Assembly: GCA_905331295.1 (NCBI GenBank)
Contig: CAJNYD010000322.1
Coordinates: 1-64,000 of the forward strand
Reading direction: 5' to 3'
Source: Rotaria socialis
Lineage: Eukaryota
Length of the DNA: 64,000 bases
Below are positions 40,166-56,461 of this stretch, one piece after another. The notes below the pieces were generated by a model. That model was not told where the DNA came from. It saw nothing but the letters and a program-made list of their open reading frames with translations, and made no database searches. Numbering within the stretch: the first letter of the stretch is position 1; each line of letters opens with the position of its first letter. Position numbers and translations under genes: made by a program.

Positions 40166-40658
40166 CACGAGAATCTAAAGAAAACTCTAAATACTAGTAG
40201 TATGTTCTTTTCCGTTAAATCACAAAGAAATGCAAACAATCATAGAACAAATGAATCATCGTCTTAATTGTCAAAGATCTTTTAGCGCAGCGAACAAATA
40301 AAAAATGATTGGTTTACGTAATCAATCGTAATTCACAAATAAAATTTACTATATACAACTAACTTTTTGTTTTGATTTAATTCAGGCTATTTATATGAGA
40401 GGAAACGAACAAATCATTGATTGGCTATGAAATATTCTTCGCTTTCTTTTGCTATCGTATTTCAATAAATTGAAATCTATGCGTTTATGTTTGCTATGTT
40501 GTGTGAAAATATGATACAGAAAAAAAAAATACAAAAACGAAAAAAAGAGAAAAACAATAGACTTGTTAGCTTCAATAAGAAAGTTTATCATAAGTCTATC
40601 ATTCATGTAGAAAACATATAGTCTAAAATGAATAGTTTTCATTGTAATAAAAATACTT

Positions 40659-41089
40659 TTATTTTTTAGTTGGTGATAGTTCAGCTATTGATTCAGCAAC
40701 AAGATTTAATAGAACATCAACTTTCAGCTTCAACATATTATTTTCTTCTTTTAATATTTCAACTTGTTTTCGAACCTTGTGTGCAGCACCACTGGACGCT
40801 ATTCCACCCACACTTTCTGCGCCAGCTAAACGAATGAAACAGGAAAATATTAACACTGTTTTAAGCAAAAAAAAGGAGAAAAATGAAGATATATGATCAT
40901 ACCTGTATCCCAATCACCAGTTTCGATATCAAAAAGTATTTTTTTATCTGCAACCCTAACATCAATGCTTTCACATCTCGGGCCCAATTCACGATACATC
41001 TCATCTGCAGGTAATTTAATTGGATTTCTTGAGACCTGTTTTCTTGGTTTAGTTTTTTTAGTTGCGAATGGGTTTGAAAAAAACGACAT
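40659..41089 (-). CDS. CBY1: Chibby homolog (basal body / beta-catenin antagonist), 2 exons
   Basis: MSFFSNPFATKKTKPRK...RELG...ILF...GDW in exon 1, and the coiled coil LKEENNMLKLKVDVLLNLVAE in exon 2. Confidence 0.88.
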
Positions 41090-41193
41090 GATATATATAT
41101 ATATATATATATATATCGGATAATCGATAGTCTTATGAAAACAAATTCTCAATGAAATTTATCGTCCATTAATTGAGCCGTTGTCGTATTGTG

Positions 41194-41207
41194 GTTCCTA
41201 TGGAAAC
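41194..41207. promoter_or_regulatory. RFX X-box in the Chibby/TRAPPC2L divergent promoter
   Basis: GTTCCTATGGAAAC fits the X-box consensus GTHNYY-AT-RRNAAC and lies ~105 nt upstream of the Chibby ATG. Confidence 0.75.
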
Positions 41208-41381
41208 GTATATCTGGTACATGACATATGGCGACATTATTATGTCTTACTTGTTAATCTCATAAACCAATAGGAAACTTACTTTGAAAATCAGTTTTCT
41301 ATTCTTTTTCACATTTCTGTTTAGGATTTGACAAATAAATATTCTAAAATCTTATAATTTCTTCATTATTCATTTTTAACA

Positions 41382-41994
41382 ATGGCTTGTTGTGTGGCAG
41401 TTTTAATAAAAGAAGTAGTTACATCAGAATTTTTTCGTACTTTTAATAATCGTTTTTTTTTGCATATAGAATTTAATTTATCTACGTCGCTCAGCAGAAG
41501 AGCTCAAATTTTTGTTTCTTATTCATGCTTCAATCGATATACTTGATGACAAAGTCAATCAATTAACTAAACCCACAAGTGATCGAGATGCACGAGATTT
41601 CTATCTTGGTCTTCTCTATCCAGTAGAAGAATATAAAATGTAAATTATTTGAAACAAATTAATTGAAGAAAAAATGCAATAGTCTACTATATATTATTCT
41701 AGTTATGGATATGTTTCATCAACGCGTGTTAAATTTATACTCATTTTTGAACATTCAACGTCAATATCACTTAAAGATCAAGATATAAAATTACTTTTTC
41801 AACGCTTACATCAAGCCTACATTGATTGTATATCAAATCCATTTTATGAACCAAATACACAATTGAAATCAAAGCGTTTCGAACAAGTTGTTACAAGTTT
41901 AATGGTTCAAAATGATCCATTGACATCTGCAATAGTATCGTCGCAAGCATCATCAGTACCATCGACATCGGCCATAGTTCCTACTGCAATATAA
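41382..41994 (+). CDS. TRAPPC2L: Trafficking protein particle complex subunit 2-like (sedlin family), 3 exons
   Basis: MACCVAVLIKE / NLIYLRR...HASIDILDDKV...DFYLGLLYPVEEYKI / YGYVSSTRVKFIL...FQRLHQAYIDCISNPFYEP. Exons 41382-41414, ~41470-41639 and ~41703-41994. Confidence 0.92.
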
Positions 41995-42014
41995 ATTATT
42001 TTATTTATACATAT

Positions 42015-44568
42015 TTAATCTGTTGAAAAATGATTAACATAAAGTTCAATAATATTTTCAAGTGCTTTAGGAATAAGATTTTCAATTTTTTTTAAGCGTT
42101 GATCTAGAATATCTAAATGTTGTCCCATTGTTAATGCTTGTTCAAGATCAACTGTATTTATTTGAATCATTTCACGAGCAGCCATCGCTGTTTTTTGCCA
42201 ATCTTGAGCTAATTTTTCATGTTGATTATTAAAAATTTTAAATTCATCATAAAGTATTTTAATAGTTTGACTTTCTTCAATTTCAAATAGAAATATTTCA
42301 TCTTCATAATCATTATTGGCTGATAAACGCTGTACAAATTTCTCGATCACATTTTTATTATAACCATCATCGAGTAGAACGTTTTGGAGTTTTTCTACAA
42401 TAATCGTTTGTTTTGCATCTAATGATATATCATCATTATCATGAATATCTGTTCTTAAATCAATACTATCATTACGATTGATGGATTGTGTGGAAAAAAT
42501 ATGAAGAAAGCGCTTCATTTTTTGAATAAGTGCTGCTTGAAGTATGGGTCGTTTCGAGCGATGTAAAGCATTTAATCTTTCATTATTTGATCCATGAATG
42601 TATTCTTCTTGAATATCATCTTCTATTTGCTTTTGTTCTAGTTTACCTAACACATAAGCTTCGTTTACAACTGCCACTAATAAATTGAGTAAAATAAAAA
42701 ATACCACACATACATATACCATATAAAATATCTACAGAAGAAAAATCAAGAATAACACATTATCTATATTTGCATTAAAAACACTCATACTGGTGTCCAC
42801 GTAGGTGAAACACGATATGCACGATCGTATTCAAATTGGCCAAGTGTACATCGAATGAGTGTGTAAGATGTTAAAGCAAAAGTATGAAACTAAAAATGAA
42901 TCGATTAAAATCAAAGAATAACATTAATAATATGAGAATGAGTTCATTTATCGTTATTGAGACAACAAAAGAATCAGGGAGAAAACGTTTTGGACATAAC
43001 CTTTTTATTTTTGTCCTAGAACTTACTTCGTATAATTCATCGCCATAATGGAACGTTGCAGAAATTACAAATGACATAAATATAAGAAAAAATAGAAAAA
43101 GAAAACCAAGCGAATTTCGAAGTGATTTATAGAAGGCTTTGAGTAAATTTGCTATTAAATTGGAAAAATGAGGAAGATAACGAAGTAGACGAATGAGAAC
43201 CGCTGCTGTTATACATGCTTCTAAATAGATACGATTTATCTGTATTTCAATGAAATGAATCAATTCGTTGAAAATATCATTTTTTGATATTGAAAAACAT
43301 TTATAAGTTTCTGCAATGTACACTAGAAAATTAATATCAAGATAAAATGAAATAGTGAATAGAGTAAGTAGACCAAGATCATAAACATTCCAATAAGATG
43401 ACATAATAAACCGTAAACGATGTTGAGCTATTTTACCAACATAATAAAAAGCAAATGCAACATTGCAAAGAATAAATAATACTTGAAATAAACCTAAGAA
43501 TTTCTTTCGGCCAAAAAAAAAACTATTGACTGGAACTGTATAGAAAAAATCCCGCACATGAATTGTACCTAGAGATAGAAACAGGACAAGGTTTTATTTT
43601 CTTATTTTTTGCTTCATTTTGATGAATCTTTTATTTACCGGTTGTCAGAAATTCAAAAAGAATATTAATAGTTGTAAGTAGTTCAGTATTTGGATTGAAA
43701 TAGATAAATTCAATAAAAATTGCTCGTGTATTTAAATCTAACCAAGTAGCTGTTTTCAAATTATCTATTGCTTTATCATTCAAGTCTTTCTTTGAATGAA
43801 AATGATATATATAACCACCAGTATCGTAAGGTCCATAGGCATTCGATAATTTTAATGCATCGGTTGTTTTTGATGACGTATATTCATATTGAGTACCTGT
43901 CATTGTAGTCAATTTACCTCGATATTCTTTGGATTTATGATAAATTGCATAACATTGAATAGGTCTTACGCTAAGATCTTTTATGATCTCACAATGAGTA
44001 TCATCAATACGAATTTGACGTAGACGAGGAACACCAAGAATAAAATTTTCGTTTGATAATAACATTTGATAATTATAATCTTGTTTAGAATTATTTGCTG
44101 ATGCTTTCCATTGAGCAACATTACCTGTAGATATATAATAGATGAGAAAAAAAGAAGCTGACTCAAACATAATGCTAACTGTAGAGTTCTTCATTGAATC
44201 GATATAAATATTCCCAAAATTCATGAGGTTTTGTAACTGCATCAAGCTCTAGTTTATTTATCAATAATCGTCGAATACATCGATCTGCATTAAAGGTATC
44301 TTGAGAAAGATGATTTATAATACAAATAGTTGTAACAAGTAGAAAATAGACTTAAATTATATAGATTAAAAAAGATTTTATAAACTTAGAAATAAGCAGT
44401 AAAAAGTTAACCTGAATAAAACATAAAACCTCCGAGAGTAACATTCTCTTCACTGATTTGATCTCGTCGAAGATTCTTATTGAGAATAAGACGAAGTTTA
44501 CGTTTAAGTCGAACAGCGGATGGTTCGAAACCTTGAAGAGCAGAACTTGAATGGTTCTCTTTTGACAT
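42015..44568 (-). CDS. Polycystin-2 family (TRPP/PKD2-like) cation channel
   Basis: ENFILGVPRLRQIRI, YGPYDTGGY, WLDLNTRAIFIEF..FNPNTEL, YWNVYD, IRLLRYL, LGQF, and FFILLNLLVAVVNEAY followed by a coiled-coil tail. Confidence 0.9.
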
Positions 44569-45504
44569 TGCATATAACGCGCCGTCAATTATTTCATTAA
44601 GTAAATTCTATTTTAAAATTTGTATGCAATCTAAAGAAATACATATGTATAATTAAACATGAACCAAACAAAAACAATCTACGTACATAGTACGAAAAAT
44701 ATTTTATAATCATTTGCAATTAAGTCTGAATATGATAGCAAACCAACGGTATGTGCGCGATCACTTTCGTATCATGACAAAAGATTTTAGAATTTTTCAT
44801 CATACTGATAGAAGTGTAAAGAAATAGAAAATATCAATCGATTTTGAAAGTACTGATGTGAATCTACTTTTTGCAAAATCTTTTCAACATCTTTTTTTGT
44901 TCAAGGACTTCTAATCAAACCAAGGCAACTCTAACATGTTGCCGCGATGAATTAACAGAAGGGTGTAGAACAATAATATTTTCGTTCAGTCTGTTTAATA
45001 TTGTCTTACTTATTTTGAAGACATCGATTCGTGGATTCATCTAATTACCCATGGCAAAGAATGAATACAACTAGTAAGATTTTGTCTACTTGAATTTATA
45101 TTGCCGTTTCATTATCTTAATGCTACGTTTAATTTAAAATGGCTCTACTACCTATTAGATGTAGTGCGAAACGTCTTGAGTAGTTACTCATCAAGAGCGT
45201 TTATGTCTGCGAGAAACATCGAAATTTGACACAGGACTATCGTATTAGTTGGTCCATTTGTTTCTGAACTATTATTAATATTTCGAACTTGTCTGAATAA
45301 TTTTAATCAGAACTTTAAGAAAGATTTCTAAACCGATTTTCATAAAATCAAAGATTATTTTTATCTCTTACATCATTTTATTTTATTTAATCAAATCTAA
45401 TGAAGAAGAACACGGTTATATTTCTAAAACACTCAATTAACAAAGGTCCTAAACTAAATTATCTATCATCACTACAGAAATTCAAATGGTTGATAATGAT
45501 GCGT

Positions 45505-48500
45505 TTAATGATGAACTGAATACGGTGTATATTGATCACAGAAAACAGTAAGTTCTTGTGAAAATAAAATCATACGTTGTTCTACCTGAATAAAAACAAA
45601 ATTGTATTAATGGATATACAACAAAAGCATGTGTTCAACTCACAGTATCAATCAAAACTGGATCAGTAAGAATAGGTGGTAAACGGTATTGCTCATTAAT
45701 CAGATTTTCACAACCTATTCAAAGGAAACTGTTATCAAAAAGTCAGAATTCTGTAAAAAACAAAAACCATTACCAAGTCGAGTCATTGTCGAGATTTCAA
45801 ACATATAAATAGCTAGAATCATATCGGATTCAGTAGCTTCAATGTGTACATTACATTTAGCTATGCCTTCACATAGTTTTGTTCTAAACTCAAATTATAG
45901 TTGATAAAATAAAATACACGATGACCCATCGACTTACAAAACATCAGTAGCTGAAGCAGAAAGTTCAGTATAAGCAAATACAGTACGTTTTGTTCGACGG
46001 CATGCACAAAAATATCTTTTCAAAAGAAATTCAGCTTCATGACTCAATGGCATTTCAATCATACGAACATATACAAGAAACTATATATAATGAAAAGAAT
46101 ATTCGAATCAAGAAAAAGTAAGTGATTGTTATATTTACACTTCGAATGTCATCAATCCATTGGCTAGTACGTTGATCGGCTACTTCATGATGATTATCAT
46201 TGCTTAACATTGAATCCAAATAATATTCAATTGTTTCTTCTATATACATATGAATGGTACCGAAAAATATAGTGAAAAATATATTTCTTACCATATTCAT
46301 TTTCAATTTCATCTATTGGTAATACTAGACTGAATGCGCTTGAAAACATTGCTATTACGCAACCTGACTACGAAACTAAACAAAATAGTATCTTACTCGG
46401 CCAATACTGGCGATAGGTCATTAGTTGGTTCTATGACTCGATCACCACGCAACCATAAACGACTATCATGATAAGCCCAAATATTAGTATTAAACGGTGC
46501 AGTATAGATAATTTTTGATGTTGCTTCATTTTCATTTACTTCAATACTAAGTGTTTTTGTTTCAAATGCTATGTAAATCAAAACAGATCATCATAAAGAA
46601 AAGGTTTATCAAGATTGTTTTTGTTTTTTTTAACCTGAAAGAAGTTCTTTTATTTGTGACTTAGTTAAACTATCAATGCTTTCTAGATACGTTATTCCAT
46701 CATTACCAACAGCGATTGAACCAGCTGTTCAAGAAAAGATAAAATAAAAACAATACATGTTAGAAGTCAATATTTACCAGAAACTATAAATGAATGATGT
46801 TTATTTTTGGCAAATGATGCAAGTGTAAGTGGATGTTGTTGTCGATGAATGACACCACATTGAGCATATCTGAATGCTGTTTGACATAGAATATCAGCTA
46901 CACGACTTTCATTACCAACTATAAGTACATGAATTGAAGATGAGACAAGACTCAGTATTAAACCCATCTTAACATGAATACAATATTTAGCTAATCGAAT
47001 ATGTGCTACAAAATATAGTTTTACTATAATTATCATATAGAAGACTAGAAATACAACGTACGACAAAAAAGCGTTGATAGAATGTTAAGAAAACTAAATG
47101 AATGATGATGAGCAAAATTATGATGTAATTGACAAATAGAATCAGGTAAAGTAAGACGACTTGGTTGTATCATTTCACAATGTAATGTCTAGAAAAAGCA
47201 TATAAAACTAAGAGGTATCATAGAAAATTAATTATACTTCAAAAACAACTTGATTCAAATGGAGATCGTGAAGAACGTAGCAAATGAAATTATATTTACC
47301 ACCAAGACGAATATGTGAAATAAATTCATCTAAGAGAAATATATTTCTGATGTTTACTATTCATGAAAATACATTGTTTACGTACCGCGTACGATTACAG
47401 TATATGTATTTGATAATAAAGTTTCTAATTCAAGATTATATATGGATGAAAGAATAGGTATTTCTGGTTCTTTTAATTTAATTGCAATTGTAACTTTTTC
47501 TGTGGGTACACAAACATTATTAGTTCTATCAATGAGTAAATAAATCTATACCGGAAATCCATCGTTTATTGATATCTTCATCAAGCATTAAATCGCATCC
47601 TTCGCATAAAAATTTTCTAGAAGCGATTTTTGCCTTTTATTTTTGTCTCTTTAACTTAACTTACTGTCCAACTGTACAATTGTGTGGATTATCAATAGTG
47701 AAGGATATAAATTTTTGACGTTTTCGATCATTTAAAGGACAAATTGAACGCTGGCATACATACTTAAGTCCACGTCTAATGAACAAATTTAAATGTTAAT
47801 AAGAGCGTAAACATGAAATTATTCGGCATACACGTATGGCAAAATAGCACTCGATGCAATAACAGTACCACTGAGACGGATCGGATGTGCACGCGAAAGT
47901 AAGTCTGCTTGTGAAGCATTCGATAAAATACGAAATCTATTATTCAATTATATTTTTTTCGTTTTTTCAATGAATTATACTACGAAAGAAATCTTACTCT
48001 GGTCTTGGTGGTAATTTATCATACATGAATCGAACAACAATTTGATTTGAATGACTACATAGATTTCTAACATTTTTATAAATAATCTACAATTAAATAT
48101 GAGATGAACTTATCAAGACAGCTAAAATAAATTAAATACTGATACCTGTTGAGCAAAATTCGTCGCATGCTTTTGCTGATGAATGATAAATTCAGTAAAT
48201 GAATCTTAAAAAGTAAAATCAAACTATTTTGTGATAGTACATAGAAGAAAATCAATAATCTATACCAGATATTTGATAGCATTTATCTAATCGAATAGGA
48301 ATAATAAATGGATAGAAACATGTCTATGATTGATCAAAACATCATCATCTCATGAAAGTATATATATATATATATATGTGTATTAAACTTACTTCTGAAT
48401 CTTTTGAATTTTGAATCGTTTCAACAAGTTGTTGTAAACTGCCATGTGATACTTCTTGTTCAATATATAAACGTAACAACCTAAAGTCTGATTTTTCATT

Positions 48501-48539
48501 TAAATGAGTTCCTTGACTCAATATTTGACTAGTTGTCAT
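45505..48539 (-). CDS. MCMDC2: MCM domain-containing protein 2-like (divergent MCM lacking canonical ATPase motifs)
   Basis: OB-fold IRLSGTVIASS; zinc finger YVCQRSIC...FLCEGCDLMLDEDINKR; KMGLILSLVS; IHVLIVG; AGSIAVGNDGI; LSHEAEFLLKRYFCACRR; LTKLCEGIAK. No GDPGxxKS or IDEFDKM motif is seen. Confidence 0.75.
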
Positions 48540-48789
48540 GGTTCTTGTCAGTTAGAATCGGTGCTATGTGCGTGTGGTTATTTTAAAATAAACCGTTGTT
48601 CAAATGAATTCGATAATTTTAACCACATGTTTTCTCTTTCCTTTCCGTTGAACGAAAAGGAATAAAATAGAAATACCAACATCATTTCGATACCTTGACG
48701 AAGAATGCGTCTATTTAGATTTATTTCGAAAAATACAAAAAGAAAAACTTATTTTAAACCAAAAAATAAAAAAGTAAAAATAAATCTCT

Positions 48790-50375
48790 TTAAAAAGTAT
48801 CGACATCTTGTAATGAATCATCACTGCTGGATAACGATGATGAATTTGATTTAAGATTATTTAAATATTCAAGAAACCATGATTGTTCATCGACTGGTAC
48901 AAAATCATGTAAACCTAATAAAATATTCAATAGCATCATGTAGAACAACATCTCGTAGCCTTATTTTACCATCAAGTAAATTTCGTCGAGATTCTCCATA
49001 TAAACGAGCTGTTTTTTTAACAAATGCTTTGGTACTTGTGTGATTCAATTGCCATTCTGTTAATAATTTTCCGAATTCAGCCAATTCATCAGTTTTTAAT
49101 TCAAGTTGTAGCTAAAACAAAGATCATAAATTTAAACACTAAGATATCAATCAAATCTTAGTTCATTTACATTAAGTAGATAGTTTTGAATAATATGTGA
49201 TGTTGATTTTGTTGAAGGTCTATTTGGTGATTTATCCTCATTTCGATTACGTGATCGTCTAAATCAAGCGAAACATGTAGTAACGATTCAAGCTTATACA
49301 ATATATGATACCGATGTCTTCGCCGTGGAGTTAGTAAATCTTCATCAACAATAGTTGATGTATCTGGTGACATGACACGTGCCGAAGAAGTTGATGCTAA
49401 TGATAAGGAACGTATTGTTGATGGTGTTGAAGATGTTGTCGAATCAAATGAACAACGTAATTGTTGAGCTGATGAAAGTGATCCAGCCAGTAACGATAAT
49501 TTTTTGCTTATACCAGAATTCTGTTCATTAGCTGTGTATATGGCATGAAAACAAAACTCCATGGATGAACATAATTCGTCAGCTTCATATCGATCATTTA
49601 AAAGAAAAATAACTAATTCAATATTCGATGGTTTATCTTTTGTTGAAACTAAATCAATAGAAATATTATTGACAAGCAATGAAAATAAGATTCAAAATAT
49701 ATACCATATTTCATTGTAACAATATGATCTTTTTCATATTCGACATAATAACATGAAATAATATGATGAGAAGGAATCGATAAAATTAATTTCTATATAA
49801 GTTGATGAATTATATCATTAGAAAAAAGAATGATATAATCATGATGTTTTACTTGATGAGTATTGAATAGTTTTATTTGCTCAGTAGTTATATGTAATTG
49901 TCCAATAGATTTTTCTGCTAATCGCTTTGGTAAACGACGCTCAATCTAAAATGGTATGAATTGTTAGATTTATTTTATTTCTACGAAAAAGAAACAACGA
50001 ATCAATATTCATTACTTGACATTGTGCAATAAATTGTAAAAGTTTTTTTTTGTATGATAAATCAACATCGTCATCATGCGCTAAATCAACTGTACCGGCA
50101 CACTAATATAAAAGAAAAATTCTTTTAACTTTTTTATTTTATTTATCAATTGATAACTAAAGAAACTATAAAAAATAATTGTTAATTGTTATCAAGCAAA
50201 TGTCATTATATTCTTTTGTTTCCATTTTACTAATATTAGTAAAAGTACTTGCTTGTACAACAAACACAACAACTCCTTCATCAGCAAGATCATTCGTCCA
50301 TGGGGATGGTGGTCTCAATCGATCTAGTTTATGTTGTTTAGTTTTTGCTGAAAGAGATGCAGCGCGTAGAAACAT
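48790..50375 (-). CDS. CCM2: Malcavernin/CCM2 (PTB domain plus harmonin homology domain)
   Basis: PTB-like region IPSHHIISCYYVEYEKDHIVTMKY...ADELCSSMEFCFHAIY, a Ser-rich linker, then HHD LKTDELAEFGKLLTEW...FVKKTARLYGESRRNLLDGLHDFVP. Confidence 0.82.
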
Positions 50376-50488
50376 CTAGATTGGATAGAAATGATTTTAA
50401 AACTTCGTCTTTATTTTATGTGAAAAAAAGGACAAGAAGAATAAGAAGAAGAACCATTGAGTTTATTGTTTTCGTTTTTTTTTAAATT

Positions 50489-53400
50489 TCACAAATTTTT
50501 AACAAGTGCACGACATCGTTCAAAGCATTCAAGTGTATCAGCATTTAATTGAGATGCTGATTTTTCCAGGGCAGTAAAAAATCGTTTTGCATTGTTATCA
50601 GATGTTGTTTGTACATTAAGAACAAGGTCAGCATTGGTACAAAATAATGTTCCTAAACCAAGTATAAGACGTTTTGCACCATCCGATTCAAATTGTATAT
50701 CAACAAACTCTTTATAACATTCATATAAATAATCCGAAAGACGTTCATCATTACTTCGATAAGCATAAATACAATAATTTAAAATAACATTTGTTAATGC
50801 TATTTGAGTATTTTTTTTCGTTAATGGTAAACATATAAGAATTTTTGCTAAAATTGAATTACGATTTTTAATCATATATTTTTCACCTAAATCATTTGAA
50901 AATAAATTTGTTAGAGTACGAAATATAAACATTGTGTTAGCTGATTGTTCTGGTTGAAGATATGTAAATAGTTGAGTAATAAATTCGTTTGATTTAATGT
51001 CATTCTCAAAAACATATTTGCAAACATCAACATTGAGAATAATTAAACGAATTATATCTAATATAGGAAAGATTTTATCTAAAAAGAAAAGAACAACTTA
51101 AGACTAGATTGAACGATAATTTAAATCATTTATAACACATACCAATAGGCCATTTGAGCAATTGAAATAAAAGATTTAGTTTCATTTCAACATTATTTGT
51201 ATTCCCATTGACTAATTCATTGATTTGTTGTATTTGATTATCAAGCAAACGAAGACCATCACCTGTTGCATTGTCATTAAAATCTTTTAGTTTACCTAGA
51301 ATTTTACTTATATCTGCATTACGCATAGTAATATAATGAGCTTGAGGAAATGCTGCTGTTAGTTCTGCATCTTCTGTTTCTGTATAGAAAATAAATATTT
51401 CTATGAAATAATTAAAATTAAAATTAAAATTTCATACTTATAACAGTTGATTGTGAAGCAGACAATGGTCGTGTTGGTTGATCATTACTATCGTTTGGTG
51501 TGTATCGACCAGCACCCGTAAATGGATCTTGATTTGATGTTGTTTCTTTTCTAGTTGATGATAAACTTACATTGGGAGTTACATTAGGAACGTAACGTCC
51601 AGTGCCAGTAAATGGATCATTATTAGTTTGCGGTCCTGTTGTATCCATCGGTGATGTTCCAATCGGAACATAACGTACATCACCTAGAAATCTTCAACAA
51701 TACAAATGAATTATTATCAATCAATAACTTTACCCGTAAATGGATCGACATAATCAGATGCACTTTGATCAATAACCATTCCTTTTGTGTTTGTTATAAT
51801 GAATTGTGCTACTTGATCAAGAAACATTTGACTTAATTCATGTCGTTGAATAAATGTTTGTGCAGCAAACCATGGATCATCTGTTACATTATATGGAAGC
51901 TTAAGTGGAACACCTTCATCAAGTTCAACATTAAATACATAATCATAATATTGTCCTTCAAACATAATTTTTTCGCCTGTAGCTGATGCTTGCCCCTGTG
52001 CTGTACTATCAGCTGAACCAACAACATCACCGATTTTCATCCATCTTTGATCAAGCATATTCCATTGATATGCTTCAACATGTCCATTACCCTTATTAAT
52101 CATTGTTGTTTGACCTTCACGTGTTCCTGGCTTTTTCAATGCATCCTCATTTGGTAAATCGTCGATTTTCACTTCTCCTAAATCACCCGTTTTTGTTTGA
52201 ATACTTGTTGAAGCTATTTCTTGTTCAAATGCTGCAATTTCTTCCATTGTTGCCGTTCTTGACGTATCTTTAGTAAATATAAATATACGTCCATCACTAA
52301 AAATTAACTTGCATTATATATTTAAGCTTGAATTTCTTTCATTGAACTAACCTGCTTCCAACAACCATGTCATTGTTCGTTAAAGAACAAACACTCCAAA
52401 CAGTCCCTGTTGGTAGTCGAATCGTTTGTTTGGGTTCATCTGCATTAACTGACCATAAGCGTAATGAACGATCTTCACTTACAGATGCAAATTGATCCGA
52501 AGAAACCATTGCTACGCTGTAAACGAAACTTGTATGACCTACATAGGTTTGTAAACATTGTGCAGAAATAACATTCCAACGTTTAATATTAAAATCATTC
52601 GAACATGATAAAAATTCATTTGCATTTATTGATGTTAATGATCGAACACAATTTGTATGACCTTATTTAAATAAAACAAAAAATTTAGTTTCTATCGATA
52701 ACATGTTAGGACATTGTATTTTTATTTTTATTTTTGAACTATATAAATATATTCATTACTCACCTTCATATATTTGAAATTTCACTTGATTCTTCCAACC
52801 CATAATTATGTTATCAGCAGCACCTGTTAGTATAATGTTCGAATTTTGTGTAACATCGCCCATAGAAATAATAGCCCATATTGCTTTACTGTGTCCTTTT
52901 AATGAAAACAAAAAATTGTTCAACGTAAAAAAAAAATTGAAGTCTATTTTTCATCATTATTAAATACCTTTAAGAGTTTGAATACATTTCTTCGTCGATA
53001 AAGACCATATACGTCCTGTAAAATCCCATGATCCACTTAGTAATTGATCAGTTTGTGGTACATGTGAAAGACTTGAAACTTTCAATAAAAAAAAAAACTA
53101 CTTTATGTTAAATCAAAATGATTATATCAAATATTCTTACCAGTTTGCTCGTGTCCTTCCAATGTAAATAAATATATTCCTTGTTTAGCTGAATAGACAC
53201 AAATTTTTTTGTCATTGCCTCCCGTTACAATGAGACCGTCAGGGAATTCACTGTTAGGGGGAATATAACATGTAGCAATAATATAATGTGTATGATTTTT
53301 CAACACAGCACGTTGTTCAAATGAAGTTTTACTAAATAAAATCTCTTATTTTTGAATTTAAAGAATAATTTAAAATAGATTTACTCTGATGGACGCCAAA

Positions 53401-53524
53401 TTCTTGCTGTTTTATCTCTTGATCCACTAACAATACCATCGTATTCAGTTATTGTCGAGACAGAACGGACATCTGACTCATGTCCATATAATTGACAACG
53501 AAGACGATAGGAAGTATTAGCCAT
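50489..53524 (-). CDS. PLAA: Phospholipase A2-activating protein / Doa1-Ufd3 (WD40-PFU-PUL)
   Basis: YRLRCQLYGHESDVRS, SGSRDKTARIW, LSGSWDFTGRIW and FLSCSND WD repeats. PFU domain KIGDVVG...YDYVFNVELDEG..LKLPYN..DDPW.AAQ.FI. Repeated DPFTGxGRY motifs and a PUL C-terminus. Confidence 0.95.
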
Positions 53525-54176
53525 ACTACAAATTCCAAAAAAAAACGAAAGAGCAAAAAGAAGGTTTTTTTAAATCAATCAGTGAATAATCTATAGTTTG
53601 ATTGGACGTTTCAACACATTGATTGTAGCGTTGTCTCACGAAATCCTTCGATATACCTATATATATATATATGTTATATAAATATATGACATGACGTCGC
53701 TACTCATTCGAATACTACACAAATATTAATTCGTCTCTTCAAAATAGCGAATAGTGTTTAAGGTTCTGAATGTGCATGAGATTTTTTTGTCCGAAAGCTC
53801 CATCAGTTTTTTTTTATTCTTCCGAATTTTATACACTCATTGGTTAGTTTTGCTGTAACGACCTTTACTCTTTTTGATGCATATACATGTTCGATAAAAT
53901 TTCGAAATTACACTTGTTTAAATACCCTATGTAAACCACATTATTCTATCGCATTCATATTTTCGATATTTTACTTGTCCACTAAACATAACTCATTGTG
54001 TAAAACAATACTCCATGTGATTTGCTCTTTTTTTCCTTCTATATCTAGTAAGATAACTAGACATTTCTACGATACATTCTTATTCGTGGTTATTTTTGGT
54101 TGCTAAGCAATTTTGTCTTTCTTATTTATAGATCTTCTTCATTTGAAATGCATTACCATTTTACTTTCCTTCATCT

Positions 54177-56461
<2,285 letters not shown>

